Shown here: positions 40,761 to 49,964 of the stretch, in pieces
Layout of the letters: every line of letters begins with the position of its first letter
Position numbering within the stretch: the stretch's first letter is position 1
NCBI GenBank assembly: GCA_033762115.1
Contig: JANRLX010000027.1
Location: 31,291 to 95,290 of the forward strand
Direction: 5' to 3'
Length of the DNA stretch: 64,000 nt
Source: Verrucomicrobiota bacterium
GTDB taxonomy: Bacteria > Verrucomicrobiota > Verrucomicrobiia > Limisphaerales > SXQI01
Notes under the pieces: model-generated
Database searches by the model: none
What the model saw: the letters and a program-made list of their open reading frames with translations, nothing else
What the model was told of the DNA's origin: nothing
Program-made: the position numbers and the translations under genes

Positions 40761-42356
40761 ATGAAACACTTCCACTTGGTTACACGTCGTCAGTTTCTGG
40801 ATCGAGCCATGAAAACCGGCGCCGCTGCGGCGCTGGCCAGCCTCACCAACATCCCCCTGGTCATGAAACAGGCGCTCGCGGCTGAGAGCAGCCTCGGCAC
40901 CAACGGCAAAAAGCTGCTCTTTATTTTCCTGCGCGGGGCCAATGACGGGCTGAATTCTGTAATCCCAATTGGCGATGATGGCTACAGCCTGGAGCATCGC
41001 CCGGACATCCTGATCCCTCGCGATCCCGGAACTGATTATACCATCCTGGGTGGCTGCGATTATCCTTCTGTTGCAACACCTGATGCTCCAACGTTCGGTT
41101 ACGCTTCCGCCATCCGCCTCGGCAATGGATTTTCTGCTCTCCATCCCTCCTTGAAATTTCTGGCCCCTGTTTACAACGCAGGCGATCTGGCCATGATCCA
41201 TCGTGTCGGCTATCCCAAACAAAGCCGTTCCCATTTCGATTCACAGGTTTATTGGGAAACCGGGCATCCCAACAATCCATCCAAGGAAGGGATTTTTTAC
41301 CGCACCATCATGGAATCCGGCCTCGCCCACACGCTTCCGCTCACAGGCGTTTCCATCCAATCCTCCCTGCCAGTGATTTTGCGCGGATCGGACGCGGCCA
41401 TGACCAACCTGAAAGATCCCAATCGATACGATCTGCTCGGCATTCCCAACAATACCAACGGCAACAGCAAAGCGGATTTTCATCTGCGCAATGCCAATGA
41501 ATTTCCTTTCCCTTCAAGACTCAATCGGGACCTCCTTAAGCTGCAATACAATAATCTCTCCCAGACTCTCTCGATTTTCGATGCGATGGATTTCTCTGAA
41601 ACGGGCAACATTTTCACCGACGATGTGAACACTGATGGAGATACTGTTCCCTACCATCTTTTTCCAACGACCAACAGCAAGAACGGCGGATACCAGGCAC
41701 ACAACAACGATCCATTGAAATACGTCGTGAATCCCAACTCCTACAGCTTTTTCCGCGACCTCAAAGCCGCTGCAATGGTTCTCAACAACACGGATGCCAT
41801 GATTGCCGGCACCCGTCTCGATGGGTTCGACACCCACAGCAACCAGGGCGGTGTCACAGGTGCCCACGCCAACTTGCAACGTTCCATCGGCTGGGCCATC
41901 TACGCCCTCAGAAAATATTTCACCAAATACGCGCAGCGTGTGAACTGGAACAACCTGGTGGTGGTCACTCTCTCCGAATTCGGACGCACCACCATTCAGA
42001 ATTCTGATGCAGGAACAGATCACGCGGAAGCCAATGTCATGTTTGTCGCTGGCGGGGGAGTCAAAGGCTACAACAAGGGCAATCCATCCGGCGTTTTTGC
42101 CGGTCACCCGAACGATTCCATCCCCTGGGTTACCGGAAGAACCGGTTCCATGTTCGGCGTCAGCACTCGTTATCTAAAACGTTCTGTGGATTACCGCTCC
42201 GTTCTCGGAAAATTGATTCGCGATCATTTGGGCGCTTCGCAAGAGCAGTTGAACCGGATCATCCCCGGCTATGCCACCGCCAGCAAACGATTGTTAAGCG
42301 GTGGTGTTTCAGGCGAAGACGGCACCCAGATCACGGGCGAACTGCCAATCGTCTAA
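40761..42356 (+). CDS. DUF1501 family protein (DUF1800 partner type, Tat-exported)
   Basis: TRRQFL, FLRGANDGL, SRSHFDSQ, FDTH, SEFGRT, GTDH, DYR. Confidence 0.9.
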   Translation: MKHFHLVTRRQFLDRAMKTGAAAALASLTNIPLVMKQALAAESSLGTNGKKLLFIFLRGANDGLNSVIPIGDDGYSLEHRPDILIPRDPGTDYTILGGCDYPSVATPDAPTFGYASAIRLGNGFSALHPSLKFLAPVYNAGDLAMIHRVGYPKQSRSHFDSQVYWETGHPNNPSKEGIFYRTIMESGLAHTLPLTGVSIQSSLPVILRGSDAAMTNLKDPNRYDLLGIPNNTNGNSKADFHLRNANEFPFPSRLNRDLLKLQYNNLSQTLSIFDAMDFSETGNIFTDDVNTDGDTVPYHLFPTTNSKNGGYQAHNNDPLKYVVNPNSYSFFRDLKAAAMVLNNTDAMIAGTRLDGFDTHSNQGGVTGAHANLQRSIGWAIYALRKYFTKYAQRVNWNNLVVVTLSEFGRTTIQNSDAGTDHAEANVMFVAGGGVKGYNKGNPSGVFAGHPNDSIPWVTGRTGSMFGVSTRYLKRSVDYRSVLGKLIRDHLGASQEQLNRIIPGYATASKRLLSGGVSGEDGTQITGELPIV

Positions 42357-42372
42357 CCAATTGCCGATGCCA

Positions 42373-45300
42373 TTATTTCGCTTCGCTTTTCAACGAGGAG
42401 AGATAAGCGATCAGGTCAGCAAATTCTTCGATGGAAAGCGCGGCATGCAATCCCTCCGGCATCAGCGAGAAATTGCTGTTCCTGCGCGCCTTGATTGCTG
42501 ACCTCTGCAATTTGTGTTCACGGCCTGAGCTGTCCCGCAATGTGACCAGTCCATTGTTCTCCCCTTTGATCACCCCACTGAACTCCTCGTCATCGTTCAT
42601 TTCCAATGTGATCTGCTGGTAACCTTCACGGACAGTTTTGCTCGGATAGATAATGGCTTCCGCCAATGCGCGTCGATCAAACTGCGTGCCCGCTCCGCTC
42701 AAGTCCGGGCCCACATCACTTCCTTCCCCTCCAACTCGATGGCACGCAGCGCAATTGACTCCATTCGCCTCAAAGAACAACGATTTTCCCCGCACGACAT
42801 CTCCAGGAACTTTAATTGCGGCCTCGAGATACTCCTCCGCGCTCGGTTGCCTGATCTCCCGGGTGAAAAGCGGACCGGCTTCCGCTGTTTTGTTCCCCGC
42901 GTAAATATGGCGTAATTCAGTGATTGCCTGTGGCGAAAGCGTGGCAGCTCTCGCTTCAGCCGCCTTCAACATCTTCCCGCTGATATTTCGGATTGCCAGG
43001 TGCGCGGCATTCCGCTCGGCAGGATTTTTCGAAGAAATACCATCCAGGAGCGCATCACTGGCGCGGGCATCCGGCGTCCTGGCCAGCCCGGCAAAAGCGT
43101 CGTTGCGTAACGCTCCATCCGAATAAGCTTTCAATAAGGCGGGAATGGCCTTGGGGCTTTTCAGGTCACTCAAGCTTTTCACCGCTGCGCGTCTTACTTC
43201 CAATTCCCCGTCCTCCAGGGCTTTCTCCAGCAGTGGCACGCTGACATCTCCTTGAAGGCGCGAAAGCGTGCTGAGCGCTGCGGCACGAACGGAGCCCTTT
43301 GGATGATTTGCCAGCGGTTCAATCGCAGTCGATCCCTCCTTCACTGAAAGTTTTCCCACTCCCTTGATTGCTGCCACCAGAGATTCGGCATTTTTTTCAG
43401 GTCCGGTTAAAAATGCGGATAACGCCTGCGCCGCCTGCTCACCCCCAATATCTGCGGCTGCCTCGATCGCAGCCATGGTCAATTCAGCATTCGAGGGACG
43501 CGATAATTCCATCGTCACCATTCCGAGCGCTTCGCTGTCCTTCATTGTCCCCAGCGCTCTCAGGATGGTGGCCTTGACTTGTGGGTTGCTTTCCTTCGGA
43601 TAAATCTCACGCAGGGCAGGGGAGTACCCTCTATCCCCCGCAACAGCCAATCCTCGAATGCACGCCAGTCGCAACTCCGAATTGGTTTCCGTGAGCCCCG
43701 CTTGCAATGTGGCCAGGACCAGCTCTGTGCCGCTCCATTTCACAGTCTTTGCAGGTGCCGGTTGCAACGCCGGATGATAAGCCCACCATTCACCTTTCCA
43801 TTCCGGTTTCTGATGATGTAACGTGGCGATCAACTCCACCGCTCGTTGCCGCATTGCCAGGTTTTTTCCTTTGTCCCGGAATACTTTCACCAGGGCTGCC
43901 AGTAAATCGCCATCATACGTCTCCCGCACCGCAAAACTCGTTCCTTCAATGATCCGATCATTGTTGCTTTCCCATCCCTGCAAAATCATTTCCCATGCGG
44001 ATGGCGACTTTCTGCCTATGCGATTCAACGCAGTAAACGCAGCATATCGCGCAAATAAATCCTCCTCCTTCAACGCCGCCACAAGCTCCGGAACTGCCTC
44101 AGCTCCACCGATTCTTCCCAATGCGGTTGCTGCCTGGAACCGCACCGATGCCTCCTCATCCTTTAGCCGTAACTCCAGCGCACCAACAGCCTCGGTAACC
44201 TGTTTCAATCCCAATTGGCGGATCGCCTGCCGCCGAATCATCGAATCGCTCTCACGGGTGACTGCAATCATCACAGGCTTGACAGAATCATCCCCCATTT
44301 CATGCAACGCCCAGATCGCATGGCTTCTCGCCAATGCAGGGGCTGACGCATTTTGAACAACTCCAATCAGCAGTTTCCTGGTTTCCATGCCTTTCGATCT
44401 GGATAACTCCCGTTGCGCAGCTAATCGAACATTTCGTGAGGGATGAAACAACCCCTTCACAAAATCTTCCGCCTTCCCTTCAGGCGCTTTCCCCATTGCA
44501 GCTGGCAAATACCATTCTGGCTTTGGGCTGCTGTGGTCTTTTCCTTTCCAGGTCAGCTTTAATAATCGCCCCACGCTGACCTTTGCCTTTTCATCCCGAT
44601 GCTGCCAGTCACAAATGTAAATGCTTTTTCCATCTGCGCTCTGGGTGATACCCACGGGCCGAAAATCTCCCGGCGGATTCGGAAACAAATCTTCCTTCAA
44701 CACCGCCTGATAACTGCCTCCTTCCCGTTTGACCTGCACCCGCATCACTTGCCGCTTGCCAAAATCAGACAAAAAAACATTCCCTTCATACTCCGGCGGC
44801 AACGCATCCTCATTGTTTGCCAAAGCTCCGCAAGCCGCCCCCGCTCCATAATCCTCCATCATCCACAAGGTGTACGGACGGCGCGGAATAAAATCGTGCG
44901 GATAACCGTAAAATCCCGCTTCCACCATGTGAGTAAAACGTCCCATCCATTCATGCTCATCGGTGTTGTCATAAGTGAATTGCTCATCCTCCGCGTTCAG
45001 CGCCACATCAAGGATATTTCTCACCCCATGCGACATGACTTCAAGTCGGGTTCCATCCGGTCGAATCCGGAAGATGCCGCCCGTCGAAAGTGTCGCCCTT
45101 GAGCCATCCCTTCCCTCTGCCCCGTACAACCCCTTGTCCCCGCATGCCGCATAAAAAAAGCCATCCATCCCCAGCTTGAAATTCGCAGGAATATGGTCGT
45201 TCCAGTTCAACGCGGAAGGTTCAGGCAATGTTTGCTCGATCAGTTCACGACGGTTTCGGCCAATTCCATTGTCATCCTCAAAAACGCTGAACTTCGGGTT

Positions 45301-45630
45301 GTGCAGCACGTACAATTTTCCTTCCAGGTATTGCAACCCAAAGACCGCATAAAGCTTTTCTGCAAACACCGTTATCCTGCCATCCGGGTGGAGGCACAGG
45401 ATTCTCCCTTCAGCCGCGCTTGCTTCAGGAAGGCTGATATCCATCGGATCTTCCGCCACGAAAACCCGTCCATCCGGTGCGCACGCCACCACCGACGGAT
45501 GACGAAGTGTTGGCGCTTCGGCAACCACTTCAACCTGCCATCCTGCAACCGGTTCCGGGAGAGCGGCAGCTTCTCCCTTGCATGCGATGATCAGGGCTGA
45601 AAACAGGAACTGAACAACTGAAAATTTCAT
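42373..45630 (-). CDS. PVC-type dehydrogenase-like protein (beta-propeller, HEAT repeats, c-type heme)
   Basis: Signal peptide, GVRN, DNTD, FRPV, many HEAT repeats, CAACH, VGPDLS, SLMPEG. Confidence 0.88.
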   Translation of the reverse strand: MKFSVVQFLFSALIIACKGEAAALPEPVAGWQVEVVAEAPTLRHPSVVACAPDGRVFVAEDPMDISLPEASAAEGRILCLHPDGRITVFAEKLYAVFGLQYLEGKLYVLHNPKFSVFEDDNGIGRNRRELIEQTLPEPSALNWNDHIPANFKLGMDGFFYAACGDKGLYGAEGRDGSRATLSTGGIFRIRPDGTRLEVMSHGVRNILDVALNAEDEQFTYDNTDEHEWMGRFTHMVEAGFYGYPHDFIPRRPYTLWMMEDYGAGAACGALANNEDALPPEYEGNVFLSDFGKRQVMRVQVKREGGSYQAVLKEDLFPNPPGDFRPVGITQSADGKSIYICDWQHRDEKAKVSVGRLLKLTWKGKDHSSPKPEWYLPAAMGKAPEGKAEDFVKGLFHPSRNVRLAAQRELSRSKGMETRKLLIGVVQNASAPALARSHAIWALHEMGDDSVKPVMIAVTRESDSMIRRQAIRQLGLKQVTEAVGALELRLKDEEASVRFQAATALGRIGGAEAVPELVAALKEEDLFARYAAFTALNRIGRKSPSAWEMILQGWESNNDRIIEGTSFAVRETYDGDLLAALVKVFRDKGKNLAMRQRAVELIATLHHQKPEWKGEWWAYHPALQPAPAKTVKWSGTELVLATLQAGLTETNSELRLACIRGLAVAGDRGYSPALREIYPKESNPQVKATILRALGTMKDSEALGMVTMELSRPSNAELTMAAIEAAADIGGEQAAQALSAFLTGPEKNAESLVAAIKGVGKLSVKEGSTAIEPLANHPKGSVRAAALSTLSRLQGDVSVPLLEKALEDGELEVRRAAVKSLSDLKSPKAIPALLKAYSDGALRNDAFAGLARTPDARASDALLDGISSKNPAERNAAHLAIRNISGKMLKAAEARAATLSPQAITELRHIYAGNKTAEAGPLFTREIRQPSAEEYLEAAIKVPGDVVRGKSLFFEANGVNCAACHRVGGEGSDVGPDLSGAGTQFDRRALAEAIIYPSKTVREGYQQITLEMNDDEEFSGVIKGENNGLVTLRDSSGREHKLQRSAIKARRNSNFSLMPEGLHAALSIEEFADLIAYLSSLKSEAK

Positions 45631-45634
45631 GGCC

Positions 45635-47056
45635 TCAGGGCAACTCTTTGATTCGCAGGTTTCGATGCCGGACTATTTTATCATCATTATAATTTTGCAG
45701 CCCAATATAACCGCTTGCTGATCTGCCCGAAACATCTGTCCATGTATTCACCACCACATCATTGATCCGCACGCTGTAATCATGACCTTTGCACACAATT
45801 TCGTAACTGTTCCATTCCCCAGTCGGTTTTACCGTCATCTTCGATGGCGCACGGAAAGGGTAGATCGCTCCGGTCTTCCACTCCGGCTTTTCAGCTTTCG
45901 AATCGCCGATTTCCATTTCATGCCCTTTTTTCACCGCCACCCAGGGGTCATTGCCCGGATCGGGAAAACGCAAAAACACCCCTGAGTCCGCTATCTCCTG
46001 CTCCTGCAGGAACTCCCCGCGAATAACAAAATTCGTAAATTGCTTTCCAGAGTACCACCACAATCCCATGCCTCCTTCGCCACTGGCAACCCCGTTGGAA
46101 ACTTTGAATTTTCCCGGGCCTGACTGTTTCCATTCCTTCAAAGCGTCCCCCTCCAGCAACGGTTTGAACCCCTCCTCACTTCCCACAGGCGACACCACAT
46201 AATCCAGCAACTCTGCCGGTATGGAAAACAGCGGGCGTACCTCCGCTTTTCGATAAAACAACTCCGCAGCTTCCGATTGCAGTTGAATCTTGCCATGGGT
46301 CAATGCCTTCCAGACACCTCCCTCCTGGTAACGGGGATTGAACGCAACCAGGTTGACATGCCCGTTCAGGATATGAATGCAGTTGCCTCCCCAGAACACC
46401 ACTTCCACCGTGTTCCAGTTGCCGAAAACCTCTTCCACATCAAATGGTGGCGTGATTCCGTTCGCCCCCGTCGCGGTAATTCGGGGAGCCCCTTTTTTCC
46501 AGACAATATTCTTCTCTCCTGCGCCTTCCTTCTTGTACGGGATGTAAAGTTCGTTCTCGGCTGTAATCCACTCCCCCTCGCAATCAATCCTTGCTCCATT
46601 CACGCTCCACCATTGCCCCACCCCTTTTTCCATGATGTTGTTCTCCACCGAAGTCATCCAGCCAGTCCCTGGATTCGGGGCCCCAATCGCACAGTAGAGT
46701 ATCCCTGAGTCCCGTCCCACATTCCCTCGCGCCGGCCATCGTTTCATTCCCCATTTGAACTGCACCCGAAAATGGAAATTCGTGAAAACCTCATGCGTTG
46801 TGATCGCGCCGTAAATCTCTCCGGAGACATGAATCAGGTTTTCCCCATTCTCGTTGGTAATGCTGAAGACTCCTTTCGGATCAACATTCGGGACAAGTGG
46901 TGTCGAACTTCCCGGCGTCGCGAGGAACTTGTCCCAATTCGATAAATCCTTCCCGTTGAAGAGCGCCTTCCATCCCGGTTCAGGCGTTGCGATCTCCGGT
47001 TCCGCCGCAAAAAGCGTGCTGACCAGCATGGCCAAAATTAAAACTCTTGGTTTCAT
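45635..47056 (-). CDS. Tandem DUF1080 (3-keto-glycoside hydrolase/lyase-like) secreted protein
   Basis: Two domains: LFNGKDL..W / RDSGI / WN / G.IQLQSE and DSGV / GEWN / G.IGLQN..RHRN. Confidence 0.9.
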   Translation of the reverse strand: MKPRVLILAMLVSTLFAAEPEIATPEPGWKALFNGKDLSNWDKFLATPGSSTPLVPNVDPKGVFSITNENGENLIHVSGEIYGAITTHEVFTNFHFRVQFKWGMKRWPARGNVGRDSGILYCAIGAPNPGTGWMTSVENNIMEKGVGQWWSVNGARIDCEGEWITAENELYIPYKKEGAGEKNIVWKKGAPRITATGANGITPPFDVEEVFGNWNTVEVVFWGGNCIHILNGHVNLVAFNPRYQEGGVWKALTHGKIQLQSEAAELFYRKAEVRPLFSIPAELLDYVVSPVGSEEGFKPLLEGDALKEWKQSGPGKFKVSNGVASGEGGMGLWWYSGKQFTNFVIRGEFLQEQEIADSGVFLRFPDPGNDPWVAVKKGHEMEIGDSKAEKPEWKTGAIYPFRAPSKMTVKPTGEWNSYEIVCKGHDYSVRINDVVVNTWTDVSGRSASGYIGLQNYNDDKIVRHRNLRIKELP

Positions 47057-47060
47057 AAAA

Positions 47061-47834
47061 TTATCCTGCCTGCTGCCTTCTTTTGTTTACCGGTTTTCCT
47101 TCCAATTCCTTCACTCGCGTCACCAGCTTGTCCAGCACCGCCAGTTGGCAGATTCGCGGCGCGATTGCAAAGCTACCCGCCGGACGCTCCACCGTTTGCG
47201 TGGGCAGCAGGATATCCACTGCCCGCCCCAGTTCGCTCCCGGGTTCGTTGGTCAATCCAATCGTTTTCACACCCGCCCGTTTCGCTTCCATGACAGCTTG
47301 CAACGTAAATTGTGTTTCTCCTGAGTGGGAAATCGCCAGCAACACCAGCCCGTTCACAGGAGGAGTGAATGCAAACCCTGCCATTTGCGCGTCCGCGATC
47401 GGAAGCGCCTGTTTTCGCATCGTGAAAAGAATATCCGTCAGCACCAGCGCAATTCCGTGTGATGCTCCCACTCCCACCAGGGCCACTCGCGAAGCATTTT
47501 TCAATGCCTCCGCTGCCTCCTCCATACCCGCTGCTGCGGCTGCAAGGCTTGCGGTCATGTCGCTTCCATAATGCCCCTCCCCATTAGCAACCTGCTTGAA
47601 CTCGCCGCCGGTCAACTCCCGCAGCACATGATACTTCAAGTCCTGAAATCCATCGAACCCCGCTGCGCGACACGCCCGAACCACTGTCGCGTCACTCGTT
47701 TGGCATCCTTGTGCCACTTCTCGCAGGCTCTTTTCCGCCACCACTCCCATGTCCCGCAGCAATCGTCGCGTCACTTCAGCCTCGCTTGGGCGCATCTCCG
47801 CAAGACGTGACTGCAATGTTTGGCTGACGGACAT
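47061..47834 (-). CDS. MurR/RpiR family transcriptional regulator
   Basis: HTH S.ATVVR.C...GF.GF.DLK, and a SIS domain with GVGAS and ISHSGET. Confidence 0.93.
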   Translation of the reverse strand: MSVSQTLQSRLAEMRPSEAEVTRRLLRDMGVVAEKSLREVAQGCQTSDATVVRACRAAGFDGFQDLKYHVLRELTGGEFKQVANGEGHYGSDMTASLAAAAAGMEEAAEALKNASRVALVGVGASHGIALVLTDILFTMRKQALPIADAQMAGFAFTPPVNGLVLLAISHSGETQFTLQAVMEAKRAGVKTIGLTNEPGSELGRAVDILLPTQTVERPAGSFAIAPRICQLAVLDKLVTRVKELEGKPVNKRRQQAG

Positions 47835-47854
47835 GCGACAAAACTATATAAATA

Positions 47855-47870
47855 TGTTGCAGGCACAACA
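47855..47870. promoter_or_regulatory. Palindromic operator candidate for the RpiR regulator
   Basis: TGTTG-CAGGCA-CAACA in the divergent intergenic region, overlapping minus-strand TTGTTG-N17-TATAGT. Confidence 0.55.
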
Positions 47871-47965
47871 AAAAATTGATTAAGTCGCTTTCCAATGACG
47901 CGCGCTTCCATTTTTCAATCCGGCAGGTTCGTTTCTGCCCTTCACGTCATTTCCCAATCACCACA

Positions 47966-49084
47966 ATGAGATCGATGCCACCTGCCGTTCCCATCCGCAT
48001 CGGTGTGATTGGCTGCGGCAATGTCCTCAGCGCCTATCGCGTCACGATTGATAAGCTCCGTGCACGCGGCGAAGTCCAGGTTGTCCTGGCCTGTGGACGG
48101 GAATCGCAACGCGCCTCAGCCTGTGCAGCTCTTGGTAACACCGAGTTCACCACCGATGCCACCCAGGTCATCACCTCCTCACAAGTTGATCTTGTGATCA
48201 TCCTGACCTCCATGTCCGAACACGCGCGACTGGCCCGCGCAGCCTTGGAAGCAGGCAAGCATGTGCTGCTCGAAAAACCGCTCGCCACCTCCCTTGCCGA
48301 GGCCCGGGCCCTCGTTGACATGGCGCAACGCACTCCCGGTTACCTGGCCTGCGCTCCTTTCACCATTCTCAGTCCCACCTTCAAAACCATCGCCGCACGC
48401 ATTCGCAACGGGGACATTGGAAAACCCTGCTCCGCTCGTGCTCGTTATGGATGGGCCGGTCCCGATTGGAATGAATGGTTTTACAAACCCGGTGGCGGTT
48501 GCCTCTTTGATCTCGCGGTCTATTGCCTCACCAGCCTCACCGGCCTGCTCGGCCCGGCAAAAAGGGTCATGGCCATGACCGGCATTGCCCAACCTGAAAG
48601 AATAATCAATGGCCGCCCTGTTTCCGTTACCGCCGAAGACAATGCACAAGTCCTGCTTGATTTCGGCCAGGGAACTTTCGCTGTTGTCACCAGCGGCTTC
48701 AACATCCAGCAATATCGTAATCCCGCTCTTGAAGTTTACGGCACCACCGGAACCATCCAGATGCTTGGTGACGATTGGGACCCCGATGGCTACGAGCTTT
48801 GGCAAAACTCCTTCGGCGCTTGGCAGCTTTACAAGGAAACCGCTCCCGATTGGCCCTGGACCGATGGTTTGAACCACCTTGTCGATTGCATTCGCCAACG
48901 ATCCAAACTCCTCGTCACTCCGGAGCACGCCTTGCATGTCCTTGAAATCATGCTCCAGGCCCAGCAATCCGGACTGCATGGCAACGCCTGCCAGTTGGAA
49001 TCCACCTTTGTTCCACCCACCTTTGAAACATCCCCGACCGGGGAAGCTGCCCATCGCGTCCACGATCGCACAAGAGAACACTGA
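47966..49084 (+). CDS. Gfo/Idh/MocA family oxidoreductase (cytoplasmic)
   Basis: IGVIGCGNV, GKHVLLEKP, GG.LFDLAVY, ED. No signal peptide. Confidence 0.92.
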   Translation: MRSMPPAVPIRIGVIGCGNVLSAYRVTIDKLRARGEVQVVLACGRESQRASACAALGNTEFTTDATQVITSSQVDLVIILTSMSEHARLARAALEAGKHVLLEKPLATSLAEARALVDMAQRTPGYLACAPFTILSPTFKTIAARIRNGDIGKPCSARARYGWAGPDWNEWFYKPGGGCLFDLAVYCLTSLTGLLGPAKRVMAMTGIAQPERIINGRPVSVTAEDNAQVLLDFGQGTFAVVTSGFNIQQYRNPALEVYGTTGTIQMLGDDWDPDGYELWQNSFGAWQLYKETAPDWPWTDGLNHLVDCIRQRSKLLVTPEHALHVLEIMLQAQQSGLHGNACQLESTFVPPTFETSPTGEAAHRVHDRTREH

Positions 49085-49959
49085 TGCTCCCTCGCTGGCT
49101 CATCTTCACCATCCTTGCGCTCCTCAGTTGGGGATTATGGGCGATTGTTTCTAAACTCATTGGCGAATCCGTCACCGCTGCCCAAAGCCAGGCTCTCTCC
49201 ACCATCGGGTTGGTTCCTGTCATGCTGCTGCTCGCCTTTTCAAAAAAAACTTCCTCTCCCGGCAGCAAGGGCAGGGGATCACTCCTGGCTTTTATCGCTG
49301 GTTGCCTGACCTGTGCCGGGAACGTTGCCTACTACCATGCCCTTAACCTGGGCGGCAAGGCGGCCACTGTTGTCCCACTCACCGCCCTCTATCCACTCGT
49401 CACCATTTTGCTCGCGCTGCTGTTCCTGCGCGAACGGCTCAATAATATCCAGATCGCCGGGATGGGCCTTTCATTCGTCGCCATTTATCTCTTCAACATC
49501 ACTTCCATGGAAGGGATGGCCTCCAAATGGCTGCTTTATGCCCTGGTTCCGATTCTCCTTTGGGGAATCTCCGGCCTGGTTCAGAAAATCTCCACCAACC
49601 ATATCCCCGGCGAACTTTCTGCTCTTTGGTTTCTTTCCGCCTTTGTCCCTGCTGGAATTCTCATTCTCATTTTCGAACCGCTCTCTACTTCCCTTTCCCT
49701 CCGGACCTGGACCCTTGTTGCCGCCCTCGGCCTTTTTTTAAGTCTTGGCAATTTTTCAATCCTGCTCGCTTTTGCGAGCACGGGAAAAGCTTCCATTATC
49801 GCTCCTTTGGCCGGCCTTTACCCGCTTGTCAGCGTTCCCATCGCCATTTTCTTCCTCGGTGAAAAAATCGGTCAAAGGGAACTGGCTGGAATTTTCGTCG
49901 CTCTCCTCTCCGTGGTTGCACTCGCATGGGAAAAACCCGGCGCTGCCTCAAATACTTGA
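49084..49959 (+). CDS. EamA/DMT family transporter
   Basis: Two repeats of WG...K...GKA..V.PL..LYP...L.E. Confidence 0.92.
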   Translation: MLPRWLIFTILALLSWGLWAIVSKLIGESVTAAQSQALSTIGLVPVMLLLAFSKKTSSPGSKGRGSLLAFIAGCLTCAGNVAYYHALNLGGKAATVVPLTALYPLVTILLALLFLRERLNNIQIAGMGLSFVAIYLFNITSMEGMASKWLLYALVPILLWGISGLVQKISTNHIPGELSALWFLSAFVPAGILILIFEPLSTSLSLRTWTLVAALGLFLSLGNFSILLAFASTGKASIIAPLAGLYPLVSVPIAIFFLGEKIGQRELAGIFVALLSVVALAWEKPGAASNT

Positions 49960-49964
49960 TTATT

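Noticed and set aside
47840..47862. dif-like AT-rich stretch (tatataaatatgttgc)
   Set aside because: Poor match to the XerC/XerD arms; better explained as the rpiR promoter/operator.
48179..49081. 300-aa minus-strand ORF (also 50894-51592)
   Set aside because: Antisense to well-supported Gfo/Idh/MocA and nagB-like genes; explained by biased codon usage.
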